64,000 nucleotides of DNA from Octopus sinensis (Eukaryota). Below, piece by piece: positions 1 to 11,266 of the stretch. Position numbers and translations under genes: made by a program. The notes beneath the pieces are model-generated. The model was not told where the DNA came from. It saw only the letters and a program-made list of their open reading frames with translations, and did not search any database. Position 1 is the stretch's first letter, and every line of letters starts with the position of its first letter. The stretch is from contig NC_043016.1 in NCBI RefSeq assembly GCF_006345805.1, forward strand, positions 6,324,001-6,388,000, given 5' to 3'.

Positions 1-255
1 CAAGGTGGCGCTAGCATCGGCCATGTTCGGATGGTGCTTCTTACGTGCCACCGGCACAGGTATCACAGCTACTATTTCCATTTGATATTTATTTTGATGT
101 TGATGTACTTGACTCAATAGGTCTCCTCAAGCACAGCAGGTCATGTGCCACCAGCACAGAAGCTAGTCAAGGCAGCATTGGCATCGGCCACGTTCGGATT
201 GTGCTTTTTACGTGTCGCTGGCACAGGTATCATAACTACATAACTTCCATTTGAT
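1..255 (-). mobile_element. Fragment of the PHD-RTE LINE 3' UTR array
   Basis: Reverse-complement copies of the GGTGGCACGTAAAAAGCACCATCCG unit and the CAAATGGAA..TAGT UTR head, as seen at 5160-5507. Confidence 0.8.
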
Positions 256-280
256 ATTTGAAGTTAATAATAGATGATGA

Positions 281-620
281 AAAAAAAAAATTATTTACTT
301 TAGACTTGAAAGTGTTCAGGTCATAAGTGGGGAAATCAATAAGATGAAAGAAAGTTCCAAAGCCTAGCAGTTCAAGAAAATAAGTTACGACTGTAAAAAG
401 ACTTCCTTATGAGTGGAAGCACACTAGCATTTAAGTGAAAACGCTGTGAGTTTTGAATTAGGTAAGATGGAACAAATTGGTCTGGAACTAAGAAAGAAAT
501 CTTATCACAGCATTTCCTGTGGCAATAATAATAGAAAAGTCTAAGACCATAAAATAGGTAATGAAGAGTTATTTGGAGAGTTGATGTTTGGCATCAAGAC
601 AGGATATTTCATTATTGGCT
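281..620 (-). mobile_element. Decayed 3' end of a Jockey/CR1/L2-like LINE
   Basis: Minus strand reads ..TARLWN..FPTYDLNTFKSKVN, a typical ORF2 C-terminus, next to a homopolymer run. Confidence 0.6.
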
Positions 621-789
621 GTTTCAGTAACTTTACTAGTGCAACAATCTGTCAACTCTGGCTAGTACCATCATTGCTGCTACAACCTATTAACAAACAA
701 TAACCTGCATTGCATTGCTATCACCATACATATAAAGTCCTGCGAAAAACTACTACCATCCAACTTGCCTATTTCATACATACAATGAT

Positions 790-1190
790 ATTTATATAAA
801 GCTCAAGAGAAAATCATAAGGAACTGTTTCCACATCTGGAATAGAGCTGTTGTTACACAGACTAACATCCTGGATCACTTGACTGATTGACAATCAATCA
901 CTGGCACATTCCAGCATCTGACCCACAAGCATGCTGTCTCCCCTCTGTCTTTTCTATCAATGGCCTCTTCTCCTCAGAGCTCTACCATTTAGATACTTCT
1001 GACTCACTCTTCTCTCCTATTTTCAACACTCTTGATGTATCCAATGTTCTTCTTTCCCTGCACTAACCATTTTACTCAATCCTTCATCCCCAGAACATTG
1101 CTGCTCTGGAATCCCTTCTTTCTAATGCCTTTCCTCTAGGTATTGAGCTGCGACAGTTTAAACAGAATATTAATAACATCAGCCTCACCA
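790..1190 (+). mobile_element. Decayed 3' end of a Jockey/CR1/L2-like LINE
   Basis: Broken frames give IYKAQ..HIW..TNHFTQSFIPRTLLLWN..FKQNINNI. Confidence 0.55.
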
Positions 1191-4100
1191 TGTAGCACCC
1201 AAGAAATCGGAAGAAATTATTTGGAAAATTTCCAAGATGATGCTGTAGTGATTTGAATCCTAACCACTAGACAATTGGTTAGACACCATGAGTAAACACA
1301 ATAGTTTCATATGATCTGTCTATTAAGCAGCCAATCAGCTTGAAGCCATGATATGGTGCCATTTTCTAGAACACTTTTTTGGTACTCTACCTGAAACCAC
1401 TTTTAGTACCTAAACACTCTGCAGAATGTGTGAAGGCAGCTCAGCAACATACTCCTCTATTCTTGCCACTCTGATAGTTTCAGGCGTTTGGGCAGATAGC
1501 CTAGGACAACCAAAGACTTATGACAACACAAAGATGGTGCCGTTGGTTTCAGATATGTAGGGCTGACTGCATGTTGCTGTATCAATAGCTTCCTGTAGTC
1601 TTAGGGCAGTATCTCTCTCCGCGTCTCTTATTGGTTAACTGTAAATGGCCAATACAGATTGTCTTTATGTACAGCAATAAATTCTTCAGCTAAATGTACA
1701 CGGGGTTTTACTTCAATTAATCAAACAGCCAATGAAATATATCTTTGTTCACCAACTTGACAACAGCAGACAACCACACATATCAGTACAACGATATGAC
1801 AATAAAATCGTACAATTCTGTCATAAATGGAAGAGAAGGGTGCAATCTACGAAAGATAGAACGTGCTGACTAGTGACGTAAAAGATATCTGGTTGAAAAA
1901 AATTATTATTATATGTACATAAAACGAAAGCTCGTCGATGAAATCACCGATAGCTGAATCTGTGCTCATTTAATATTTAAAATTAAGCACAACCATTGTG
2001 TGTGACCAAATCATTAAAACGTCGGGTTCAATGCCTTGCACAATCCAGCTGCGTCCATTTATATTCTAAATTCCTCTTCCATTACTTTAACCTTCACTTT
2101 TCCTTCTTGTTCCTCAGAGTGGATAAAACACCAAGTTATTGTCTTTATGAAATTCATATGGATTCTTAGATGTGAATGGAATTATAACAGAAGGCTAAGA
2201 CTTTATTAAAATAGATAAATAAAACTTTATTATTTTGTTTATTTATACTGCGCTGAAGAAAAGTTGTTTAATTTTTTTACACAATAAACTTAAAGTCAAA
2301 ACATTAACGCAAATATGACGGTTTAAATTTATATCAGAATTCGAGAAGCTTCTAGCGAACAAGCCATAACTCAATAATATTCACCATCAAATTGGAATCG
2401 AAAACAAAAGACGTAATGGCGCCTAAATTATGGAGCGGGGGGATCACGTGATACGATTAGAAAACGGGAGGAAGGAAGGAGAGAAGAATGGATTATTTTG
2501 TACGAAACTAAAAGTTACTAAATTTGTAGAGAAATATTCTCTAATTTAATTTTAATGTCGTATAATACTTTCCTTTTTGCGTGATATTAAAAATGAAATT
2601 TATTAATCAGATAGTAATTACGTGGAAAGTAAACAGCTATTTCTTGTTAATATTTATTTGTTTTTCTTTATTAATTTTATTCATTCTGTTGCTATGGTCT
2701 CAGCTGCCATTTATCAACAACAATCAGTTCAAATCATTATTTTTAGCTAATTAAAACTGTTGCTACAGCGTGTATAATAAAATGTACCTAAGTACCTCGG
2801 AATCTATTTCAGCTTCCTGGTTGTCGAAACTATTTCATTACGCTATGAAACATCTGGATAATCACATAATCTTTCTTTTTTTATATATATATATATATAT
2901 AATGTCGTTTTTAGGATGCATTATAGGAATGAAAATCATTCAAATACTTGACTGGAATTTCATTTAAGAAGCCCGGAACGATAAATAGCAAAACTAAGTT
3001 GGATTTAAAGTGAGAACGTAAAGGGTCATAACTAGATACATCAAGGCATTTACTAATTTTTGATATTTTAGATTTTAAAGATTGATACATTTTAAAATTA
3101 GTATTAGCTGTACTCTTACAGAAAAAGCGCGCTGTATCTAGTTTCGTTTTTCACCTAATAGTTTCGCTTTTTAACTTCCCTATTTACGCGAATTTTAACA
3201 TTTCTTTTAGGAAGTCATTTGTTAATTTTTTTAAATGTTTACCGGTACAAAAAAAAACCGCTTTCTAACAGTTTCTTTAAAAAGCTATACGGAAAATTTT
3301 TAAAAGATGAAATTTAATATCACAAAGGTAAATTGATTCTGAATATTGAAAACTTGCTTCGCTACAAAAGCTCTGAATAAATAGAACAAGACAATATTCA
3401 ATCAGGTCTCGTGCTTTTAAAATGTAAAAACTGGAATTTGGTAGCCGAAAAAAGAAACGTGTATATAGGCTGTGGAGGAAACCGAAACTAATTAGTGCTT
3501 ATGAAGTGTTCTAGTGGAAAGAAATCTTGTGCTGTTTTGGGAAAATAACTCAGCTATCAGTTCAATAACCTGTCAATTATGGTGAATAGAAAGTAAGGAC
3601 AATGGCTTGGGAAAATCTCAGTTCATTTCTAAATACTAATTAAAGTAATTAAATATTATTAACTAACAAAACATGACTTGTTACGCAATGACAAATCGAT
3701 ACGAGTAATGCAACTTTTTCTGTGACTTATTTTTTTATTATCTTGCTAGGAGGATTACCGTAATTAAAACAATATCTTAAATTATTTATTAACTAACGAT
3801 ACAAATGGTGTTCTGTCACTTATTTTCTTTTCCTGCGATATTTTCCTCTCTCTCTTGTATCATTTTTATTCTCTCGCACGAGAACACATGACAGCATTAA
3901 AAGATATCAAGTCAGATACTGTAATTCTGTCATCATCGAATCTACGGGCAGGGATAATGTCTTCTTCACAAAGCACAGTGCGCGTCAGGGACATACGAAG
4001 CGAAACATTACGTTTATAGTTGTCGGTACATATTTTCCAAGCGTTTGACAAATTCATGCCTAAACTTCCAACTCTTTCAAAACACTTTACATTTGCATTT

Positions 4101-4564
4101 GTTTCCTATACCAGAATCTATTCTGTTCCAATACTGAAAGACACCAGTAAAACAATGTTTAACACAATTATTCAACTTCCTAAACACACACACACACGCA
4201 CCCGCGCGCACTCACAAGTATATACTTTTATTGACAGCATGATTTAAAATATCAGACGAAATACTTCGCTTGTAAAGAAGTCCTTTTTTCAGTTCATTGT
4301 TCATAGCTATTATTCTTGTACACACACACAAACACGTATGTGTGTATGTTGGACATGTATGTATAAGAGATGAAATGAGAGGCTAGAGAATGAGATTAGC
4401 AGGAAGGAGAGTAGACATTTAATGGATGGGAGGTTATAAAAATCGACAATAGATAGGGGGAGATGTGTACACAATATAACATGGGGCTGTGCACTACCCA
4501 CTGTTTCAACATATATTTCACCAAGCATGTGTGTAAAGTCAGATCTGCACCATTGTATATCACC

Positions 4565-6045
4565 AGTTGACATAGTCCTTTGTCATAATCTCCATCATAT
4601 TTAACATCCTGAGATCATTTTTCAACGTCTCATCCAAAGTCCTTCTTGCTCTCTCTCTCTCTCTCTCTCTCTCTCATTCACTTTCATCACCAGGCACTTC
4701 CTTAAACAGCTGTCATCCTCCATCCACATCACGTGCACATACAATCATAATCTTCCATTTTCATGTTTCATCTCACTCCTCTTTTACCATAACACTCATT
4801 TCATTTATTTCTCATTGTTCATGCATTCTTGCTTGGTGCAGCCAGAAGAGCCTCATTTCTTTCTAGTCATTATAGATCCTTTATTTTTTACTCACATACA
4901 TAGCAAAAGCCGTTATCTACTTCTGGAGCTCCATTTTTTGTGAGCACCCTTAGTGCTTACTGTCCCAGTGCACCTGCTGCATTTGAAATTTGCTTTTTGA
5001 TTCTTACCTGTGATCCCAGTACATCTGTTATGTGTCCATTGTTTACAACAAACATTTAATTTCAAGTTATTCCTTTTGTCCAGATGAAGCATTGTCATGT
5101 CCCTGGTGCTATAATGGTCATGCCTTCCTGCCTACTTACTAAAACTTTTATACTAATCAAGTACATCAACATCAAAAAATCAAATGGAAATTGTAGTTGT
5201 GATACCTGTGTCGGTGGCACGTAAAAAGCACCATCCGAATGTGGCCGATGCCAGTGCTACCTTGAATGGCTTCTGTGCTGGTGGCACGTAAAAAGCACCA
5301 ACTGATCATGGCCATTGCCAGCCTTGCCTGGCACATAAAAAAGTACCCACTACACTCACAGAGTGGTTGGCATTAGGAAGAGCATCCAGCTGTAGAAACA
5401 CTGCCAGATCAGACTGGAGCCTGGTGCAGCCTCCTGGCTCCCCAGACCCCGGTCGAACCATCCAACCCATGCTAGCATGGAAAACGGACGTTAAACGATG
5501 ATGATGAAGTTTACTTTAAGGCTTTTCAATTCCAGGTTTTGCTTCCTTGCCTGATATTTCAGCTTCAGTTCTTCTACAGATGCTGCTATAAGAGCTAAGT
5601 CATCAATGTATAGAAGTTGCCACAGTTAACCATTCTTAAATTTCTGCTATGGCTTGGAGGGGTTAACAAATAGAACTGAGCCAGATATACTTCCACCTGC
5701 ACACTTAATCCATCACTGAACTCTTTGCTAGTTTTCACATTGCTCACTGCCCTTTCATACACAGTTTGTACAGCCTTCAAAAGCCTGTCATCTGTTCTTA
5801 GTTTTCTTGTAACTTCCAAACCATTATACAAGGGATCCTGTCAAGCCTTCTCCAAATTCAACGAAAGGTGGGTATAGGAGTTTACTCCTAATCCCTTGCA
5901 ATAGTCACGCAAAGAATATAGCATCAGGGGTATCTGTTGGGACAAAGCACAACTGCATCATATCCAGAGTAATCCCGTTCTTAATCAATAACTGTAACTT
6001 TCGGTAACTGACCAAATACTTTCATGCTTCTCTTGTAGTTACCTC
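4565..6045 (-). mobile_element. Old relic of a PHD-RTE-related LINE (RT, PHD remnant, thumb); continues at 8743-8795
   Basis: CKQWTHNRC..FKCSRC (ORF 4913-5098), RT-like segment LVKAV..AVSNVK..EFS..SVQV at 5595-5831, many stops. Confidence 0.8.
5160..5507 (+). mobile_element. 5'-truncated PHD-RTE copy (about 3 array units, terminal domain, GAT tail) nested in the relic
   Basis: Array units, then TGGCATTAGGAAGAGCATCCAGCTGTAGAAA..CCCATGCTAGCATGGAAAACGGACGTTAAACGATGATG. Confidence 0.9.
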
Positions 6046-8742
6046 TGTAGCAATATCGTTACACTCATTGCTATCTTCACTGTTTGAGAAGAGTATTAAG
6101 AATAATCTCGTTCGAGATTACAAACATCTTCGGCTAGTTTAACATTGTTGTAAACACTAATTCGATTGGCTGACACGTGGTCTCTACTACGTTCGCACCG
6201 TTGGTTGTCATGTGACGCGATTTGCCTCCGCTTATTTTCGCGCCATTGTTCCAAGCAGCCAATCACAGCTTTCCATTTCTGAAGTTAGTTTTGAGCCACA
6301 TAAACCTTATAAAAGAAGTGTTCTCAGACAAATATCCGTCTTAGGTTTTTAGTTCTTTTCAGAACTAACCACTGACCACAGAGCTCGTCTTTGGTTCAAG
6401 TCCTTCTCAGGGCGAACTTCTGACCATACAGAGCATACTCGACCATGTTCCAGTTTGAAAGGCAGGCGACCACCATTAATACAAGATGTTACAGATTCCT
6501 CTCATATTGTTAGTGTGAAAATATCACCACGAAAAGAACGGTTACAGGATATCTATAACTAGAGAAAAATAACCAAGCAGAATATATAATGAAGACACAG
6601 CAAAAAAGAAAGCGACAGACACAACTCATCGCCAAACATCGTCTCTATCTACTAAGGTTTAATTTGTACACAAGACAACTACAGATTCAACTATAGCGGT
6701 TAGGTGAAAATATCACCACGGGAAAAACGGCTACAGTTAACACATCTGGAAGTATATTCATATCAAGAGAAAGATAAACACAACAAGTGACTCAATTAAT
6801 CTCAACTACGAGACGCAACATCTTGATATGGAACTCTTACCCTCCGTGTACCTCATAAACGGTAAATCAATTATCTGTCTTGAGTTCTAGTTCTTCTAAG
6901 AACTACCTTAAGCCATCTGCTACTACCTGTTGCTAGGCTGATACCAACAACATGAACTGTGAACCAAATTCCATTGTTATTTCTCTGGTCAGTACCTTTT
7001 ATGCCTCACGAACACACAAAAACATGCTAACACTTACAAACTTCCAACCAACATGATTGTAAAATATATAAAATAAATAACGTATATGTAGCCAGTACCG
7101 CATCGACTGGCCTCCGTGCTGTGGGCACATGACAAACACCATCCGATCGTGGCCGTTCGCCAGCCTCATCTAGCACCTGTGTCGGTGGCACATAAAAACA
7201 CCATCCGAAGACCCGGCAAGACTAGTCAGGCCATAACCCATGGCCCCTACCTGGGACGTAGTCAGTCCACCTGTGCATACCTTCCTTCTTGTGACACTTG
7301 TGAAGACCTGTTGAGGCAAGTGAAAATCAAATCAAAACAAATCAAAATAGATGAACATCAATGGAATCTGTATCTTTGTGGTACCAGTGCCGGTGGCACA
7401 CACTTTGTGGTACCAGTGCCGGTGGCACACGAGAACCATCCGAACGTGGCCGTAGCCAGTTCCGCATCGACCGGCCTCCGTGCTGTGGGCACGTAACAAA
7501 CACCATCCGATCATGGCCGTTCGCCAGCCTCATCTGGCACCTGTGTCGGTGGCATAAAAACACCTTCCGAAGACCCGGCAAGACTAGTCAGTCCACCTGT
7601 GCATACCTTCCTTCTTGTGACACTTGTGAAGACCGGTTGAGGCAAGTGAAAATCAAATCAAATCAAAATAGACAAAATAGATGAACATCAATGGAATTTG
7701 TATCTTGTGGTACCAGTGCCTGTGGCACACAAGAAATCCATCAGTGCCGTAGTCAGTGTGGTGGGCACATGACAAACACCATCCGATCGTGGCCGTTCGC
7801 CAGCCTCATCTAGCACCTGTGTCGGTGGCACATAAAAACACCATCCGAAGACCCGGCAAGACTAGTCAGGCCATAACCCATGGCCCCTACCTGGGACGTA
7901 GTCAGTCCACCTGTGCATACCTTCCTTCTTGTGACACTTGTGAAGACCTGTTGAGGCAAGTGAAAATCAAAACAAATCAAAATAGATGAACATCAATGGA
8001 ATTTGTATCTTTGTGGTACCAGTGCCGGTGGCACGTGGCACATAAGAAAACCATCCGAACGTGGCCGTAGCCAGTACCGCATCGACTGGCCTCCGTGCTG
8101 TGGGCACGTAACAAGCACCATCCGATCGTGGCCGTTTGCCAGCCTCATCTGGCACCTGTGTCGGTGGCACATAAAAACACCATTCGAGCGTGGCCGTCTG
8201 CCAGCCTCGTCTGGCACCTGTGTCGGTGGCACATAAAAACACCATCCGAGCGTGGCCGTCTGCCAGCCTCGTCTGGCACCTGTGTCGGTGGCACATAAAA
8301 AACACCATCCGAGCATGGCCGTCTGCCAGCCTCGTCTGGCACCTGTGTCGGTGGCACATAAAAAACACCATCCGAGCGTGGCCGTTTGCCAGCCTCGTCT
8401 GGCACCTGTGTCGGTGGCACATAAAATCACCCACTACACTCTCGGAGTGGTTGGCGTTAGGAAGGGCATCCAGCTGTAGAAACACTGCCAGATCTGACTG
8501 GACTGGTGCAGCTTTCGGGCTCCCCAGACCCCAGTTGAACCGTCCAACCCATGCTAGCATGGAAAGCGGACGTTAAATGATGATGATGATGATGATGATG
8601 ATCTCAAAAAGAAATCATGTTGTCATCCCACGTGTGTATCGCCGCTGTATGTATTATATGGTCTGTAATAACTCATTAAGAATGGGACCGCGTGCGATTG
8701 TATTTCCTACACAATACGACAGCATGTGATCCTATTTTTATA
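6046..8742 (+). mobile_element. Probable solo LTR, interrupted by an RTE UTR concatemer at 7088-8601
   Basis: Starts TGTAGCAATA, ends TATTTTTATA, 4-bp TSD CCTC (6042-6045, 8743-8746). Removing it restores the host frame KGKGDVLMGGNY. Internal ATTGG/CCAAT boxes and TATAAAA near 6308. Confidence 0.7.
7088..8601 (+). mobile_element. PHD-RTE 3' UTR concatemer with terminal ~7-unit array and GAT tail
   Basis: ORF-end motif GAAGACCCGGCAAGACTAG at about 7207, 7570 and 7847; array 8030-8430; tail to 8601. Confidence 0.9.
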
Positions 8743-9539
8743 CCTCCCATCAGAACATCTCCCTTTCCTTTTTAACAGTTAATGATGATACTGTAGCAGC
8801 AGTCATTGCTCTAGCTGTAAAAAGAAATGTTGTGTACTCAAAGTGAATAGAAGTTAGAGAAGAGGATAAACCTTAAAAAATTTATCTTAAGTAGGAAATA
8901 AGAGAACATGTTGACATGTTGATACATGGTAATCCTGGAGAAGACCCAACAATAGAAAACCTGACCAGCAATGATGGATTAAAAGTCACAAAAATTGTGG
9001 TAATGATGCAGACTGTGATATATGTACTGTTAAGTTTGCAATTGCTGCCTGCTCCACATTTTCTTCATTTCTCATCTCCTCATCAATCACTTCCCTGTAG
9101 CCATTTCACCACTCACCACCACCATCATTTGTGCCATACATAGGTACAGGACCTACCATCTTTTTATTTCCCTCTCATCAACTAACTTCTTAGTTTACCC
9201 AGAAGGACGTGAAGCTTCTCTTGTGTTAGTTCCACAAAAAAAAACATAGCAGTACACACTAGACCAGTTTTGGTGTTACAAAAGACATTCAGGTGTAAAA
9301 ATAAAATCAAAGGTGAAGCATGACTGAAATGTAGTCCTCTAATCAATCTACATAACACCAACTGCGACAGTCCATCTGACATATACTAACATGGAAAGGG
9401 GATAAAAACAACAATGGATGATGATACTTTATATATAAATGCATAGAGAGAGAGAGAGAGATTATATATATATATATATAAATACATAAACATATATATA
9501 TATAAATACATACATATATATATATATATATATAAAGTT

Positions 9540-9705
9540 AATATAAACATGAAAACACAACAACACAAGGATGTGGAACAAGTATAGTGTTATTGGACGC
9601 TAAGGAAAGAAGGAGGGTTTAACGTTTAGAGCGGAGCTCTTCGTCAGAAACATAGGAAAAGGGAAGATCCAAAGAAAGGAAGATGGAGGGAAAAAATCGC
9701 CAACG
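9540..9705 (-). mobile_element. Short Penelope-like terminal-repeat fragment with hammerhead-like motif; same family as 16930-17096
   Basis: Minus strand TTT-CTGACGA-A-GAGC-TCC-GCTC-TAAAC-GTT-AAA; flanks align with the 16930-17096 copy. Confidence 0.55.
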
Positions 9706-9994
9706 GTACACACACACACATATATATATATAATTTCCTCATTTTACATAATATTGAGGTCTCTTTCTTTCTTTTGTTATCTTACCGTTTTTACCAATAT
9801 ATATATGTATATATATATTTAGTGAGAATTTACAAAAAAACAAAAGACAAAGACAGATGTGTAAACAACAAACAGATGTATTAGTTTAATGCTTGAGAGG
9901 TGAGGAAGTCTTTTATGTTTCGAGCGTATGCTCTTCGACAGAGAGGAACACAGAAATGATCAGGGAGAGAAAATAGAAAAAGGTATGGTGGATG

Positions 9995-10305
9995 GCGATC
10001 CGTTGGTTACGATGACAAGGGTGCCAGCTGATACAATGAATGCAACAGCTTGTTTGTGGAATTAACATGCAAGTGGTCAAGTACTCCACATACACATGTA
10101 CCCTTAATGTGGTTCTCAAGGAGATTCAGCATGACACAGAGTGTGACAAGGCTGGCTCTTTGAAATACAGGTACTTACTCACTTTTGCCAGCTGAGTGGA
10201 CTGGAGTAACATGAAGTAAAGTCTGTGCTCAAGGACACAATGCATCACCGGGAATTGAACTCATGACCTTATGATCATGAGCTGAATGCCCTAATCACTA
10301 AGCCA
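9995..10305 (-). mobile_element. tRNA-derived SINE (V-domain-like)
   Basis: A box TGGCTTAGTGATT, B box GAGTTCAATTCC, then GTGTCCTTGAGCA; related head at 45620-45840. Confidence 0.75.
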
Positions 10306-10338
10306 TGTGCCTTTACTTTATATATATATTATATATAT

Positions 10339-10439
<101 letters not shown>

Positions 10440-10816
10440 AATCAAAAATCAAAAAATGACAAAATCGATCAACATGAATGGAAATTGTCGCTGTGATTCA
10501 GTGCTGGTGGCACATAAGAGAACCATCCAAACGTGGTCGTTGCCAGTGCCGCCCTGACTGGCTTCCGTGCCGGTGGAACATAAAAAGCACCATCCGATCG
10601 TGGCCGTTGCCAGCCTCGCCTGGCCTCCGTGCTGGTGGCACGTAAAAAGCACCCACTACACTCATGGAGTGGTTGGCGTTAGGAAGGGCATCCAGCTGTA
10701 GAAACATTGCCAGATCAGACTGGGCCTGGTGCAGCCTTCTGGCTTCCCAGACCCCAGTTGCACCGTCCAACTCATGCCAGCATGGAAAGCGGACGCTAAA
10801 CAACGATGATGATGAT
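10440..10816 (+). mobile_element. 5'-truncated PHD-RTE 3' UTR (3 units) inside a (TA)n tract
   Basis: Units near 10509, 10576, 10637; terminal domain and GAT tail; (TA)n on both sides. Confidence 0.9.
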
Positions 10817-10823
10817 ATGTATA

Positions 10824-10863
<40 letters not shown>

Positions 10864-10888
10864 TATATGTATATATATATATATATAT

Positions 10889-11266
10889 AAAGTCAGTTGC
10901 CACATCAAAGTGACTGTTTCATGTTACTTCTAGTTTAACCCCAGACAGATTCTCCACCAACTGGCTTTTAGTGTGACTCTGCACCCTTTATATACAATAA
11001 ATATTGTTGGCAGGAGGTGCAAAACCCTTCCACCCCTTAATAGGTAACAGAATCGCAAGACTGACTCAGTTTTAAGCTATTTCGCTCATCCTCAGTCACG
11101 AACTCAAAAAAGTAAAGTCAGTCACCACATCAAAGTGGCTGTTAGGGTGATAGGGGTTTGTATATAAAGGTTGCAGATTTGCACTGATAACCAGCTGGCA
11201 GAGAATTTGCCTGGCGTTAAACTAGTAGTAACATTGAACAGCTACTTTGATGTGGCAAATGGCCTT
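10889..11266. repeat. Imperfect inverted repeat, ~110-bp arms
   Basis: GCCACATCAAAGT..CCTTTATATACAA (to 10997) pairs with TTGTATATAAAGG..ACTTTGATGTGGC (from 11158). Confidence 0.85.

Noticed and set aside
3866-4057. 63-aa ORF in unique DNA
   Set aside because: No recognisable motif or convincing splice sites
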